A stretch of DNA of 64,000 nt. Origin: an uncultured Bacilli bacterium. GTDB taxonomy: Bacteria; Bacillota_I; Bacilli_A; RF39; UBA660. The stretch spans positions 17,281 through 81,280 of the forward strand of contig CAKPHO010000001.1 in assembly GCA_934162195.1 (NCBI GenBank). Reading direction: 5' to 3'. A program made the position numbers and the translations under genes. Below, one piece after another: positions 8,926-19,690 of the stretch (positions are counted from its first letter, which is position 1; every line of letters begins with the position of its first letter). Below the pieces are notes generated by a model that was not told the DNA's origin, ran no database searches, and saw nothing but the letters and a program-made list of their open reading frames with translations.

Positions 8926-9579
8926 TTATACTTTAAATATATTCCAAGGATATTCATTTGGAGTTTTTATTTTAAAACTTAAAAGTTCCTTAGTAACAGG
9001 ATGATAAAAACTCAAACCCGTTGCATATAAAGCAATTTGTTCTCCAACCTTGGCATTTTTATTATATCTTTGATCACCCCAAAGAGGTAAATTGCGGCTA
9101 GAAAATTGTACTCTTATTTGATGACTTCTACCCGTTTTTAAATTAATTTTAACTAAAGAAAGATTATCATAGTATTTAATCAATTGATAATCAAGCTCTG
9201 CAAATTTACCATTCTTATTAACTTTAACCATATTAGTTTTTTCATCTTTAAGTAAATAATCTTGCAAATTATCTTTTTCTTTAGCTTTTCCACACAAAAC
9301 AGCTTGATATTCCTTTTTTATTTGATGTATTCTAACTTGTTCACTTAATCTACTAGCAGCTTTACTTGTTTTAGCAAACACCATCACTCCACCTACTGGC
9401 CTATCTAAGCGATGAATAAGACCCAGATATACATTCCCTGGTTTATTATACTTTTCTTTTAAATATTTCTTTAAAATAGTCAACAAATCTATATCATTAG
9501 TATTATCTGCCTGAACTAAAAGATTAGGCTTTTTTTCAACTACCAACAAATGATTATCCTCATAAATTATATTAATCAT
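8926..9579 (-). CDS. RluA-family pseudouridine synthase
   Basis: IIYEDNHLLVVEKKPN and the catalytic HRLDRPVGGVMVFAKT motif. The ORF track extends to 9606 (GTG), but ATG 9579 gives the usual N-terminus. Confidence 0.8.
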   Translation of the reverse strand: MINIIYEDNHLLVVEKKPNLLVQADNTNDIDLLTILKKYLKEKYNKPGNVYLGLIHRLDRPVGGVMVFAKTSKAASRLSEQVRIHQIKKEYQAVLCGKAKEKDNLQDYLLKDEKTNMVKVNKNGKFAELDYQLIKYYDNLSLVKINLKTGRSHQIRVQFSSRNLPLWGDQRYNKNAKVGEQIALYATGLSFYHPVTKELLSFKIKTPNEYPWNIFKV

Positions 9580-10444
9580 TACATTCCCATCTTCCATAAA
9601 TGCCACAAGGTAAAATTAAGTCATTTTCAGTAATAGGAAGCCCTATCTCTCCAGCTTCTACTTTTCCACCATATTTCTTTTCCATAGTTGTCTTTAAAAT
9701 ATTAAATAAAACTGTACTAGAAATCCCTGTAGTGTAAGCATTAATTAAAAAGAATAAAGGATTATCACTTAGTATTTCCATGCAAGCACTAATTAAAACA
9801 TCTAAATTTTGTTCAAACTTCCATACCTCACCATTTGGACCTCTACCGTAACTGGGTGGGTCCATAATAATTACATCATATTTATTACCACGACGAGCTT
9901 CTCTTTGAACAAATTTTAAACAATCATCTACAATAAATCTAATTTTATGATCCTCAAGGCCACATAATTTCATATTTTCTTTAGCCCATTCTGTCATTCC
10001 TTTAGAAGCATCAACTTGCACAACTTCTATAGCACCAGCTTTTGATGCAGCCATTGTTGCAGCACCAGTATATGCAAATAAATTTAATACTTTTATTGGT
10101 CTATTAGCGCTTTTTATTTTATTCATAGAAAAATCCCAATTAGCAGCTTGTTCTGGAAATAATCCTGTATGTTTAAAATTTGTTGGACTTACTTTGAAAG
10201 TTAAATCTTTATATTTTACTGTCCAAAACTCTGGTAATTTACTCTTAAAATCCCAATAACCTCCACCTTTATTAGAACGATGATAAAATCCGTCTACTTT
10301 ATTCCATAAATCTGTCTTTTCTATTGGCCACATTGCTTGAGGTTCAGGACGTCTAAATATAACATTTCCCCAACGTTCTAATTTTTCTCCATTTCCAGCA
10401 GAAATACATTCATAATCTTTCCATTCTTCACTAATATACTTCAT
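9572..10444 (-). CDS. class I SAM-dependent (RlmI/RlmK-like) RNA methyltransferase, no PUA domain
   Basis: LNLFAYTGAATMAA (SAM-binding loop) and IIMDPPSYGRG (catalytic DPP motif). Confidence 0.75.
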   Translation of the reverse strand: MKYISEEWKDYECISAGNGEKLERWGNVIFRRPEPQAMWPIEKTDLWNKVDGFYHRSNKGGGYWDFKSKLPEFWTVKYKDLTFKVSPTNFKHTGLFPEQAANWDFSMNKIKSANRPIKVLNLFAYTGAATMAASKAGAIEVVQVDASKGMTEWAKENMKLCGLEDHKIRFIVDDCLKFVQREARRGNKYDVIIMDPPSYGRGPNGEVWKFEQNLDVLISACMEILSDNPLFFLINAYTTGISSTVLFNILKTTMEKKYGGKVEAGEIGLPITENDLILPCGIYGRWECND

Positions 10445-10445
10445 A

Positions 10446-11117
10446 TTATATCCTCATTTCATCATTATTAAAATCCTTATCAATTAATATTTCATGAATT
10501 AACTCTTCTTTATTATCAAGTTTAATTTCTTCTATACGCTCAACCCTACATTTTTCCGCTTGTATAATTGCTTTAACTTTACCTACAGCGGTTTCTATCT
10601 TATCATTAACAACAACATAATTATACTTATTATAACTATTTATTTCATTATAAGCTTCAGTAAAACGCTCTATTACTTTTTCTTTAGACTCTGTTTTTCT
10701 TGCAATCAATCTTTTCTTTAATGTTTCCATATCTGGTGGCATTATAAAGATAAAGAGCGCAGATGGAACTAATTTTTTAATATTAATGGCACCATTTATA
10801 TCAAGTACTAAAATAACATCTATTCCTTTATTTAAATAATCTTCTAACTTATCTTTAGGAGTTCCATAATAATTGTCATTGTAGTTAGTATATTCCAACA
10901 GTTTTCCGTCTTTTATTTTTTGTTCGAACTCTTCTTTTGTAACAAAAAAATAATTTTTTCCTTCTTTTTCATTTTCCCTAGGATTTCTAGATGTCATAGA
11001 AACGGATAACCAAATATTATCAGACTCTTCAATAACTTTATTACAAATAGTATCTTTGCCAGCTCCACTTGGTCCTGACACAACAATAAGTAATCCATTA
11101 CCATCAATTTTTAGCAT
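10446..11117 (-). CDS. gmk: guanylate kinase with ~30-aa C-terminal extension
   Basis: P-loop GPSGAGKDT, SVSMTSRNPRENEKEGKNYFF, and the YNDNYYGTP motif. Confidence 0.85.
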   Translation of the reverse strand: MLKIDGNGLLIVVSGPSGAGKDTICNKVIEESDNIWLSVSMTSRNPRENEKEGKNYFFVTKEEFEQKIKDGKLLEYTNYNDNYYGTPKDKLEDYLNKGIDVILVLDINGAINIKKLVPSALFIFIMPPDMETLKKRLIARKTESKEKVIERFTEAYNEINSYNKYNYVVVNDKIETAVGKVKAIIQAEKCRVERIEEIKLDNKEELIHEILIDKDFNNDEMRI

Positions 11118-11185
11118 ATCATCATTTCCTTTTTAATAGTATAACATATTAGACGTTTTTTTCACATAAAAAATAAAGTGTTTCT

Positions 11186-11815
11186 TTACTTTATTTTTCT
11201 TTTAACATATTCTTTACTTTTAATTTCTTCTTGTGCTAATAAATCATAATTTTTTAGTATTCTTAATTCTTTGTTAGTATCTAATGTGGCGCGTAATAAA
11301 TTATCAATTTTAGTTTCTACTTTTGCAATTGCATCTTCATATATTTTTTTTGCTTTTTTATTTTCTAATAATTGAGCTTTTTTATTATTAAGATCATTTT
11401 CTAGTTCATTAATATTATATTTTCTCAATATATTTTTATAATATTTATTCATTACTGTTGCCCATATTCCCATTGCTACAGAACTACTAACTCCTAAAAA
11501 TGATATTATTAAAAGAATATTAACAACAGGTAATTTTGAAACCAATAAAAATATTATTGATGCTAACATAGTTATAATAACAGCATACACAATAGAAGCC
11601 ATTTTAACACCTCGTATGTGATGTGGCGCTATTTTATAGTCTTTTAATAATTCTTTTAGATTTTCTACTTCCAATTCATACAATTCAACATTTGACTCAA
11701 TAAGAAGTAAAGTTTCTTGCAATTTTTTTAATTTATTTTCATATTCTTTTCTCTCATTATCAAGTTGTATAGCATCTTTATATTTTTCTTCAATCTTTTT
11801 ATCATAATAATCCAT
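11186..11815 (-). CDS. hypothetical coiled-coil membrane protein
   Basis: ORF with GGAGGA RBS before ATG 11815. Charged heptad-like ends flank two central hydrophobic helices. Confidence 0.5.
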   Translation of the reverse strand: MDYYDKKIEEKYKDAIQLDNERKEYENKLKKLQETLLLIESNVELYELEVENLKELLKDYKIAPHHIRGVKMASIVYAVIITMLASIIFLLVSKLPVVNILLIISFLGVSSSVAMGIWATVMNKYYKNILRKYNINELENDLNNKKAQLLENKKAKKIYEDAIAKVETKIDNLLRATLDTNKELRILKNYDLLAQEEIKSKEYVKRKIK

Positions 11816-11908
11816 AAATTTTCCTCCGTGTTCTGTATAATAACACATTTTTAAAAAAGAAGCAAAAAATAAAACCTTGAAATATAACTCCAAGGTTTTT
11901 TGTAAAAT

Positions 11909-12325
11909 TTAACGTTTTGAGAATTGTGGAGCACGGCGTGCAGCTTTTAATCCTGGTTTCTTTCTTTCTTTAGCTCTTGAATCACGAGTAACTAATCCAG
12001 CAGCTTTTAAGATTTTTCTAAAACTTGTATCGCTTGATGGATCAGTATCTTTATCATATTCTAATAAAGCTCTTGCAATACCTAAACGGATTGCTCCAGT
12101 TTGTCCAGAGAAACCTCCACCATTAACTTTAACATCAATATCAAAAGTATTTTCAGTATTTGTAGCAACTAAAGGTTGTTTTAAATCCATAACATTAGTT
12201 TCATAAGGCATAAATTCTCTAACATCTACACCATTAATAGTAATTTTACCTTTACCTGGAACCATAGTAACTTGCGCTACTGATGATTTTCTTCTACCAG
12301 TTCCAATAAATTTTCTTTCTGCCAT
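11909..12325 (-). CDS. rpsI: 30S ribosomal protein S9
   Basis: [10 protein letters not shown]...[19 protein letters not shown]...RAPQFSKR. Confidence 0.96.
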   Translation of the reverse strand: MAERKFIGTGRRKSSVAQVTMVPGKGKITINGVDVREFMPYETNVMDLKQPLVATNTENTFDIDVKVNGGGFSGQTGAIRLGIARALLEYDKDTDPSSDTSFRKILKAAGLVTRDSRAKERKKPGLKAARRAPQFSKR

Positions 12326-12336
12326 TTAAAACCCTC

Positions 12337-12768
12337 CTATCTAGTCCATTCCACTGGTTTTTGAGCCATATGTGGATGTTCACTTTCTGCATATACAAAT
12401 AATTTTTTATACATTTGACGTCCTAATCTTCCTTTTGGAAGCATTCCTTTAACTGCTCTCTCAATCATTTCCACAGGATATTTTTCCTTCATTTCACGAG
12501 CAGTTCTTTCTCTTAATCCACCTGTGTATCCACTGTGGTTGTAATAAATCTTATCATCTAATTTATTACCTGTTAAATTAACCTTTGAAGCATTAACAAT
12601 AATTACAAAGTCTCCACAATCAATATGTGGTGTAAAAGTTGGTTTATGCTTTCCTCTTAATAATGTAGCAGCTTCTGTAGCAATACGTCCTAAATTTTTA
12701 CCTTCAGCATCGATTACATACCAATTACGTACTACATCTTCCTTTTTTTGCATATATGAATTTTTCAT
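12337..12768 (-). CDS. rplM: 50S ribosomal protein L13
   Basis: [16 protein letters not shown]...[12 protein letters not shown]...[10 protein letters not shown]. Confidence 0.96.
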   Translation of the reverse strand: MKNSYMQKKEDVVRNWYVIDAEGKNLGRIATEAATLLRGKHKPTFTPHIDCGDFVIIVNASKVNLTGNKLDDKIYYNHSGYTGGLRERTAREMKEKYPVEMIERAVKGMLPKGRLGRQMYKKLFVYAESEHPHMAQKPVEWTR

Positions 12769-12850
12769 ATTCTTTTCCTTCCTCCATTACATATAAGCGA
12801 ATTGTCCCAAGATTCACTTTATGTGGGATATATAAAATGTACCATTTAAA

Positions 12851-12879
12851 ATTATATTAAAAAACTAAAGAAAAGTCAA
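12851..12879 (-). promoter_or_regulatory. sigma-A type promoter upstream of rplM-rpsI (followed by a ~80-nt leader)
   Basis: Reverse strand reads TTGACT-17 nt-TATAAT (-35 at 12879-12874, -10 at 12856-12851). Confidence 0.5.
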
Positions 12880-12953
12880 CATCTATTTAGCTTTTACAAC
12901 AATTATTTTACATTTCCCATCTATACCAGGCATATTTTGCAATTTTATTACTT

Positions 12954-13685
12954 TTATTTATACCATACATTATATAAATAAAGTCCTTCAGGATGTGCGG
13001 TAATACCCGCTTTACATCTATCTTTAGCCTCTAATATATCTTTTACGCATGAATAATCCTTTTTACCCGCACCAATTTCTATTAATAGTCCAACCATATT
13101 TCTAACCATATATCTCAAAAAACCGCTTCCTACAAATGATATTGTAACTATATCATTTTCACATTTAATATCAGTTTCATATATCGCTCTAACATAATCC
13201 TCTTTTAAATCATTAGCTTTAGTAAAAGATTTAAAATCATGTGTTCCTTCTAAATATTTAATAGCTCGTTTCATATCATCCAAATTTAATTTTTTATTAT
13301 ACTGAAATATATAATCTTTCTCTAATGGATTATATTCCCCAATATTTATTTTATAAATATATTCCTTTTTCAAAACATTAAAACGAGCATGAAAGTCATC
13401 GCTTACTTCTTCTACAGATTTAATATATATACTTTTATCAATCAAACTATTTAAAGCTTGTTTTAATTTATCAGGTGTTATTTTGATATCTAAATCAAAA
13501 TGTACTTTCTGATTTAAGGCATGAACCCCTGCATCTGTTCTACCACTTGCACTTACATTAACCATTTTATTGTTAATCATAGTTAAAGCTCGCTCCAACT
13601 CTTCTTGTACAGTTTTTACATTCGGTTGTTTTTGATAACCATAAAACTTTGAACCATCATAAGCTAATGTTATTAAATATCTCAC
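12954..13685 (-). CDS. truA: tRNA pseudouridine(38-40) synthase
   Basis: YDGSKFYGYQKQP...SGRTDAGVHALNQ (catalytic Asp); conserved position after ecfT. Confidence 0.9.
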   Translation of the reverse strand: MRYLITLAYDGSKFYGYQKQPNVKTVQEELERALTMINNKMVNVSASGRTDAGVHALNQKVHFDLDIKITPDKLKQALNSLIDKSIYIKSVEEVSDDFHARFNVLKKEYIYKINIGEYNPLEKDYIFQYNKKLNLDDMKRAIKYLEGTHDFKSFTKANDLKEDYVRAIYETDIKCENDIVTISFVGSGFLRYMVRNMVGLLIEIGAGKKDYSCVKDILEAKDRCKAGITAHPEGLYLYNVWYK

Positions 13686-14434
13686 ATAAACACCTCTATT
13701 CCGATTGTTATTACTAGTAACAATATATGTCCTAAAATAACTAAATAATCATTTATTTTCATCTTTTTATTTGAATAATATATTCTACTATTAAAATTAA
13801 AATTTCTAATTTCTAAAGCATCTGATAATACATCAGCTCTTTTTATTGATAATATAAACATTGGTATAATCATTGTCTTCAACGATTCTATTTTACCTTT
13901 TATATTTGAATTATAATAATCCATTCCTCTACTAGCTTGTGATCTCATTATTTTTATTGTTTGCTCATAAATGATTGGAATAAAACGCAGAGCAAAAGAA
14001 ATTGAATAAGACACTTTAGAAATAGGAACATTTAAAGTTTTTAACGGTGATAATACATATTCTAAACCGTAAGTTATATCTGTTGGTTTAGTAGTTAACG
14101 TAAATATTGATGAATAATTGATTAACAAAATAATTTCTATAATCATAACTAGTGAATCGTATAGACTAACTTTGAATATTAAATTTATTATTAAAAGAGA
14201 AATTAGAAAATAACTAATATTTTTAATACTAGTTAAATATTCATATACGGTTACTCTTAAGGTATAAAATAGATATAAACTAAAACCTAACAGAAAGAAG
14301 CTTAATAATAATTTATTGTTAATAAAAATTGTTAAGACAAATAGTAATAGAGATATAACCTTTGTAACAGGATTTAAGTTATGAATAAAAGTTTTGTTTT
14401 CTTTATATCTTCCTAAAACTAGATTATTTAACAT
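13682..14434 (-). CDS. ecfT: energy-coupling factor transporter transmembrane component
   Basis: Polytopic membrane protein with the RFIPII...MRSQASRG coupling-helix motif, directly after two ECF ATPase genes. Confidence 0.8.
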   Translation of the reverse strand: MLNNLVLGRYKENKTFIHNLNPVTKVISLLLFVLTIFINNKLLLSFFLLGFSLYLFYTLRVTVYEYLTSIKNISYFLISLLIINLIFKVSLYDSLVMIIEIILLINYSSIFTLTTKPTDITYGLEYVLSPLKTLNVPISKVSYSISFALRFIPIIYEQTIKIMRSQASRGMDYYNSNIKGKIESLKTMIIPMFILSIKRADVLSDALEIRNFNFNSRIYYSNKKMKINDYLVILGHILLLVITIGIEVFM

Positions 14435-15275
14435 ATCTATATATATCCTTTATCAAATCATTTATTTCATCTCTATAACCAATTTTTATATTTTTTTTCT
14501 TTTTTACTAAGTTAGAAAACTCAATAATATCAGGAACTTTAATATTGTTTCTTTTCATAATCTTTTCATTACTAAAAACATCATATTTATTCCCTTTTAA
14601 TACAACCCTACCATCTTCTAAAACAATAACTTCATCACTTATTTTAAGTAAAAAATCAGTATCGTGACTTACAATAATAATTGTTTTACCATATCTGTTT
14701 TTTAGCATTCTAATAATCTTTAAAAGATTTTTTCTGCTTACATAGTCTAATCCTATTGTTGGCTCATCTAAAACAATTACCTTAGGATTAAATACCAAAA
14801 TAGAGGCTATTGCGACTAATCTTTTTTCACCATGGCTTAAACTAAGAGGATCTCTTTTTAAAAATGATTCATCAAGTCCTACCATAATTAAAGAATCTTT
14901 AATTCTTTTGTCAATACCACTTTTTTTATAATTAAAGCAATTTAATGCGAACTCTATTTCACGTTCTACCGTGTTTGCAAAAAATTGTTCTTCGGGGAAT
15001 TGAAAAACTAATCCTATTTTATTTCTTAAACTATTTATGTCTTTTATTTTATTATTTTGTTCTAAACGATAAGAAGAAATATCTATATGACCACTAGTAG
15101 GTAATAATACCCCATTAATTAATTCAATTAATGTCGTTTTTCCACTGCCACACTTTCCAACAATAGAATATACTTTACCACTTTCAAAATCTAAATTAAT
15201 ATCATCTAAAACACTATGTTCACTACTTGTTTTTTTATTATAAATATAACCAACATTACAATATTTTACTTCCAT
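14424..15275 (-). CDS. ecfA2: ECF transporter ATPase component 2
   Basis: Walker A GKCGSGKTT, signature LSHGEKR, Walker B VIVLDEPT. Confidence 0.85.
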   Translation of the reverse strand: MEVKYCNVGYIYNKKTSSEHSVLDDINLDFESGKVYSIVGKCGSGKTTLIELINGVLLPTSGHIDISSYRLEQNNKIKDINSLRNKIGLVFQFPEEQFFANTVEREIEFALNCFNYKKSGIDKRIKDSLIMVGLDESFLKRDPLSLSHGEKRLVAIASILVFNPKVIVLDEPTIGLDYVSRKNLLKIIRMLKNRYGKTIIIVSHDTDFLLKISDEVIVLEDGRVVLKGNKYDVFSNEKIMKRNNIKVPDIIEFSNLVKKKKNIKIGYRDEINDLIKDIYRYVK

Positions 15276-16078
15276 AAATGATTCACCATCTCATTCATAT
15301 TTAACATAGTATCACTAACAAGACCGTAATAACCAAGTTTATTAGATAAATCAACCATAAATGGTAAATCTAACCCTAGTTTTTTTAATAATCTTTCTTC
15401 TTTATATACATTTAATTTAGAATCATTTAAAACTATCTTTCCCTCATTTAAAACAACAATATCAGTTCCATAAACAGTTTCTTCTATATCATGGGTAACA
15501 TTAATAATCGTCATCTTTTTCTCATTATTTAATCTCTTTAAAATATTTAAAATTTGTTTTTTAGTTACACCCTCTATCATAGAAAGGGCTTCATCAAGAA
15601 TTAATACTTTAGGTTCTTTAATTAACGCAGAAGCTAGCGCTACTAACTGTTTTTCTCCGCCACTCAAAGAATTTAAGCTACGATCTAATAAATTATCGAC
15701 AGGGACATAAGTTAAAACTTTATTTAATTTAGTCTTAATAGTACTTTCTGCATAATGCATATTATCTAAACTAAATAGTATTTCATCTTTTACGGTATCA
15801 CAAACAAAAGTATTATCAGGATTTTCAAAAACAACACCAACATTATCTCTAATATCTTTTAAATTATCATCACAAAGATTCATGTGATATATATTAATAT
15901 AGCTATCTGTTTTTATTAAACCTAAAAGTATTTTTACTAATGTACTCTTACCACTTCCAGAAGGACCAATAATATGAACATAACTACCTTTTTTAATATC
16001 TAAATTAAAATTATCAAACATTTTTTTCTCATTATAACTAAAGTTTAAATTTTTAATCATAATAATATTATTATCCAT
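15266..16078 (-). CDS. ecfA1: ECF transporter ATPase component 1
   Basis: Walker A GPSGSGKST, signature LSGGEKQ, Walker B VLILDEAL. Confidence 0.85.
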   Translation of the reverse strand: MDNNIIMIKNLNFSYNEKKMFDNFNLDIKKGSYVHIIGPSGSGKSTLVKILLGLIKTDSYINIYHMNLCDDNLKDIRDNVGVVFENPDNTFVCDTVKDEILFSLDNMHYAESTIKTKLNKVLTYVPVDNLLDRSLNSLSGGEKQLVALASALIKEPKVLILDEALSMIEGVTKKQILNILKRLNNEKKMTIINVTHDIEETVYGTDIVVLNEGKIVLNDSKLNVYKEERLLKKLGLDLPFMVDLSNKLGYYGLVSDTMLNMNEMVNHLWK

Positions 16079-16153
16079 ATTATCACCTCACTGTGTACCA
16101 TATATTATAATATATTTATTATTTATTTACAAACAAAAACCCAAATAATTGGG

Positions 16154-16993
16154 TTATTTTTTTAAAGAAATTTTTCCATCATATATGTATGTTGTTTTAC
16201 CATAACATATTTCACCAGTTAATACAGAACCATTTCTTATGACAAGCAGTCCTCCTGAAGGGTGACTATATCTAATTTCAATTTGATAATTTATATTATC
16301 ATTAGATATACTTCCATCACTTTGAATTTTATATGTACCATCAACTACTGAATTATTTTCTAGCATCTCAGTAGCCATAACCAAATTTACTGAGTTTATA
16401 TAACTTTCTGCACTTACCTCATTAGCACCAACAGAAGAGTTAGTAATTTTTTCAGCTATTAAAGGCATTACTGAATAATTTAAGATAAGTAAAATGCCTA
16501 GAATAATAAAAATAACTATAAATACCGGACTCGTTCTTCCATTTTTTGCACATATTCTTTTTAACTCTTCTAAAGTATGATTAGGATGTTTATCAACAAT
16601 TTTGCTAATCTTCTTATCAATAATTTTTAAATATAATGAATTAAATATAAAAAACATCATAATATTTAAAAATAAATTTATAAATAAAACAACATAAACA
16701 CTAAAATTTAATAGCAAAAGAGCAATTATAGAAAGCCATACAATTCCAACTAGATATATTTTTCTATATAAAGCATATATAGGACCAAACAAAAGTGAGG
16801 AAAAAGATAATTTACTTTCTTCAATTCCTACATAATTATTACCTATATAAACCATTTTTAAAATTTCATAATCCTTTACTGATAAGCCTTGTGTAGTTTC
16901 ATTTACTGTAGATTCAAAAGATCCTTGGTTACCACATTTTTTACATTTACCTTTATTATCTAATTCACTACCGCATATAGAACAATAATTCAT
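16154..16993 (-). CDS. zinc-ribbon domain membrane protein, function unknown
   Basis: N-terminal CSICG...CKKCG ribbon, several TM helices, and an extracellular C-terminal domain. Confidence 0.5.
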   Translation of the reverse strand: MNYCSICGSELDNKGKCKKCGNQGSFESTVNETTQGLSVKDYEILKMVYIGNNYVGIEESKLSFSSLLFGPIYALYRKIYLVGIVWLSIIALLLLNFSVYVVLFINLFLNIMMFFIFNSLYLKIIDKKISKIVDKHPNHTLEELKRICAKNGRTSPVFIVIFIILGILLILNYSVMPLIAEKITNSSVGANEVSAESYINSVNLVMATEMLENNSVVDGTYKIQSDGSISNDNINYQIEIRYSHPSGGLLVIRNGSVLTGEICYGKTTYIYDGKISLKK

Positions 16994-17001
16994 ATTACCA
17001 C

Positions 17002-17754
17002 TTACTCACTTTTCCCATTTTGAATTTTATAAGATATTTTTAACTTCAACGACATCGGAATTAATTTAGAGAAAAATATACCTAATTTCATTTTAACCCC
17101 TGGTATAATAATTTTTTTTCTTTTAAACATTTTATCTATAGCATATTGCGATACTTGATAACTACTCATACCTTTAATACTAAATGAACATTTAGCTACT
17201 CTATTAAATTCAGTATCCACAGGCCCAGGGCATAAACAACCAATATAAACACCTGAGTTACTTCTTCTTAATTCTTCACTAATAGCACTAGTTAGATTTA
17301 AAACGTATGCTTTTGTTGCATAATAACTAGCCATTAATGGTCCAGGCAAGAAAGCCGCACTACTGGCAACATTTAATATATATCCTTTATCTTTTTTCTT
17401 AAAATCATTTAAGAATAATTTAGTTAAAGTATGAACTGTTTTAATATTAATATCTATCATATCTAATTCTTTATCAATACTTGTACTAACGAATTCACCA
17501 TATACACCAAAACCAGCGTTATTAATAAGTATATCGATATCTTCTTTTTTATACTTATTATATAGTTTCATACAATTAAAAGTGCTAGAGATATCCATTA
17601 TTTCTATATCAACATTGGTTTTTATTTCTTTTTGTAATTTTTCTAATTTTGTTTTTCTTCTAGCAACTAATATTAAATCATAGCCCATATTGCCTAAAAT
17701 ACGAGCCATATCTGCACCTAATCCTGAACTTGCACCTGTTATTAAAGCTTTCAT
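17002..17754 (-). CDS. SDR-family short-chain oxidoreductase
   Basis: TGASSGLG cofactor motif, NNAG, and catalytic YYATKAY. ATG 17754 follows an AGAGGTGA RBS. Confidence 0.8.
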   Translation of the reverse strand: MKALITGASSGLGADMARILGNMGYDLILVARRKTKLEKLQKEIKTNVDIEIMDISSTFNCMKLYNKYKKEDIDILINNAGFGVYGEFVSTSIDKELDMIDINIKTVHTLTKLFLNDFKKKDKGYILNVASSAAFLPGPLMASYYATKAYVLNLTSAISEELRRSNSGVYIGCLCPGPVDTEFNRVAKCSFSIKGMSSYQVSQYAIDKMFKRKKIIIPGVKMKLGIFFSKLIPMSLKLKISYKIQNGKSE

Positions 17755-17820
17755 AGTATCACCTCTAACCTGATTATACAATAAAAAAAATTCAAAGACA
17801 ATAATCTTTAAATTTTTATT

Positions 17821-18360
17821 TTATAAATCTATTTTTACATCACTTTTCTTTACATCTTCAGCTTCAAAAAAAGCTTTTTTAGTTAAAGATTTAGAATTTG
17901 CAACTACGCTTGTTGGAAATGTAACTATCATTTGATTAAACATTGACACATTTGAATTATACATTCTACGAGCTGCTTGTAAATGTTCTTCAACATCAAC
18001 GATAGATTGTTGTAATGTTTTATAATTCTCACTAGATTTTAATTCAGGATAAGCTTCTGCTAAAACATTTATTCTTTCTAAATTTTTAGTCATTTTACTA
18101 TTTTCTTCATTTTTTTCTTCTAAAGACATTCCTTTACGAAGATTAATAATCTCAAATAAAGTTTCTTTTTCATGTTTAGCATATGCTTTTACAGTATCCA
18201 TCATTTTAGTTAAAACATCATATCTTTTAGTTAAAGCTACATCTATTCCAGAATCAGCTTCTTCAATTTTAACAATACATCTATTTAATTTATTAGATGT
18301 TGCAACATACCAAATAGCTACTATTACAACTAATAATAAAATTATTCCTACTAATGCCAT
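17821..18360 (-). CDS. LemA family protein
   Basis: N-terminal TM helix followed by a LemA-like helical domain (YNKLNR..., KRYDVL..., AEAYPELKS, YNSNVSMFN). Confidence 0.8.
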   Translation of the reverse strand: MALVGIILLLVVIVAIWYVATSNKLNRCIVKIEEADSGIDVALTKRYDVLTKMMDTVKAYAKHEKETLFEIINLRKGMSLEEKNEENSKMTKNLERINVLAEAYPELKSSENYKTLQQSIVDVEEHLQAARRMYNSNVSMFNQMIVTFPTSVVANSKSLTKKAFFEAEDVKKSDVKIDL

Positions 18361-18363
18361 ATA

Positions 18364-19254
18364 CTACACCTCCCTTCTAAATAAATCATTATCTAAGTCA
18401 AGTGTATCCACAAACTCAGTAATAATTTTCATCTCATTTAATGTTTTATTTTGTTCTTCTTCTAAATTTATTTTCTTAAAAATATTAGCCTCAAATAAAT
18501 CTTTATTATTATAAAGACCTACATGAAGACGATTATTAATAAAACATAATAACAAACGTCCTTTTGTTTTATTCTTTAATTCTTTTATTTTTTCCATACA
18601 ATTAGGGGTTAAAACATAAAAAGCATCTAATTCATTTTGAGCATAAACTTTAAATTCTTTATTAAACTCCATATCTTCCATACTTACTTTATTATATTTC
18701 GTTTTTGAAAACAAACCACCTCTTCTAGCATTATAGAAGTTTTTAGCGCACACTTGAATATTAGCTTTAAATTGTTTATTAAAATCAAATATAAACCATT
18801 GGCCTCTAAATATTGTTACATATGTTGTATGTCCTTCGTCATCAGTATGTTCTTCTTCAATATGAACATCTGCAGACTCAAAGTTAATATTTTTATACTT
18901 AGCTTTTATATAGTCATTAGAACGATATTTATCCCCCATATTCATCATTTGAGTTGAAGCAATAGTTTCATAATCTATACCTATTTCAGGTTTATAATCA
19001 ATATCAGTAAACATTTTCTGAAAAGAGCTTAAAACTACTATTTTTTTATATAACTCATTAAATTCTTTTCGTTCTTTGTTAGTTAATACAGCAGTTAAAA
19101 TCGTTCCAATTATAAACGCAATCATAACAATACCAAGATGACCGTTTGTAATAAAAATTAGAATTATTCCTACCAAAATAGCTATCATAATACCTATTGC
19201 GTCTTTTTTAATAACTTTCTTTCTTAGTTCTTCTAATCTATCAAGTTCACTCAC
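18364..19254 (-). CDS. DUF3137-like membrane protein (usual LemA partner)
   Basis: Two TM helices followed by YKPEIGIDYE...YRSNDYIKAKYKNINFESADVHIEEE...TIFRGQWFIFDF. The start is uncertain: the track gives TTG 19284, and I prefer GTG 19254 because a predicted -10 box lies at 19274-19279. Confidence 0.6.
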   Translation of the reverse strand: MSELDRLEELRKKVIKKDAIGIMIAILVGIILIFITNGHLGIVMIAFIIGTILTAVLTNKERKEFNELYKKIVVLSSFQKMFTDIDYKPEIGIDYETIASTQMMNMGDKYRSNDYIKAKYKNINFESADVHIEEEHTDDEGHTTYVTIFRGQWFIFDFNKQFKANIQVCAKNFYNARRGGLFSKTKYNKVSMEDMEFNKEFKVYAQNELDAFYVLTPNCMEKIKELKNKTKGRLLLCFINNRLHVGLYNNKDLFEANIFKKINLEEEQNKTLNEMKIITEFVDTLDLDNDLFRREV

Positions 19255-19273
19255 ATTATCACACCCTAATAAA

Positions 19274-19302
19274 ATTTTATACAATTATATAAATATTGTC
19301 AA
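19274..19302 (-). promoter_or_regulatory. sigma-A type promoter for the DUF3137-lemA-SDR-zinc-ribbon block
   Basis: Reverse strand reads TTGACA-17 nt-TAAAAT, immediately after the rplQ terminator. Confidence 0.45.
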
Positions 19303-19303
19303 C

Positions 19304-19327
19304 AAAAAAAGATGCTTATTTTGCATC
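19304..19327 (-). terminator. rho-independent terminator of the alpha operon (overlaps the rplQ stop)
   Basis: Reverse strand reads GATGC-AAAATAA-GCATC followed by TTTTTTT. Confidence 0.55.
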
Positions 19328-19672
19328 TCCTTCTACTAATTCTAAAATTACCATTAACGCATCGTCTCCTCTACGTTCTGTTAATTTTAATATTCTTGTA
19401 TAACCTCCGTTACGAGCAGCATAGCGTTTTGTTAAATCATCAAATACTTTTTTAACAGCATCATTATCATTGTGTAAGAACGCTAAGGCTTTTCTTCTTG
19501 ATACTAATGATCCATCTTTTCCATATGTAATCATTTTATCAACAAATTTACGAACTTCTTTAGCACGAGTTTCAGTAGTTTCAATACGTTCGTTCATAAT
19601 TAGGTCACGAGTTAAATTTGCAAGCATACTTCTTCTATGTTTGTTAGTACGCCCTAATTTTCTATAAGCCAT
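19316..19672 (-). CDS. rplQ: 50S ribosomal protein L17
   Basis: [25 protein letters not shown]...; last gene of the alpha operon. Confidence 0.96.
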   Translation of the reverse strand: MAYRKLGRTNKHRRSMLANLTRDLIMNERIETTETRAKEVRKFVDKMITYGKDGSLVSRRKALAFLHNDNDAVKKVFDDLTKRYAARNGGYTRILKLTERRGDDALMVILELVEGDAK

Positions 19673-19690
19673 TTCATTTCCTCCTAACTA

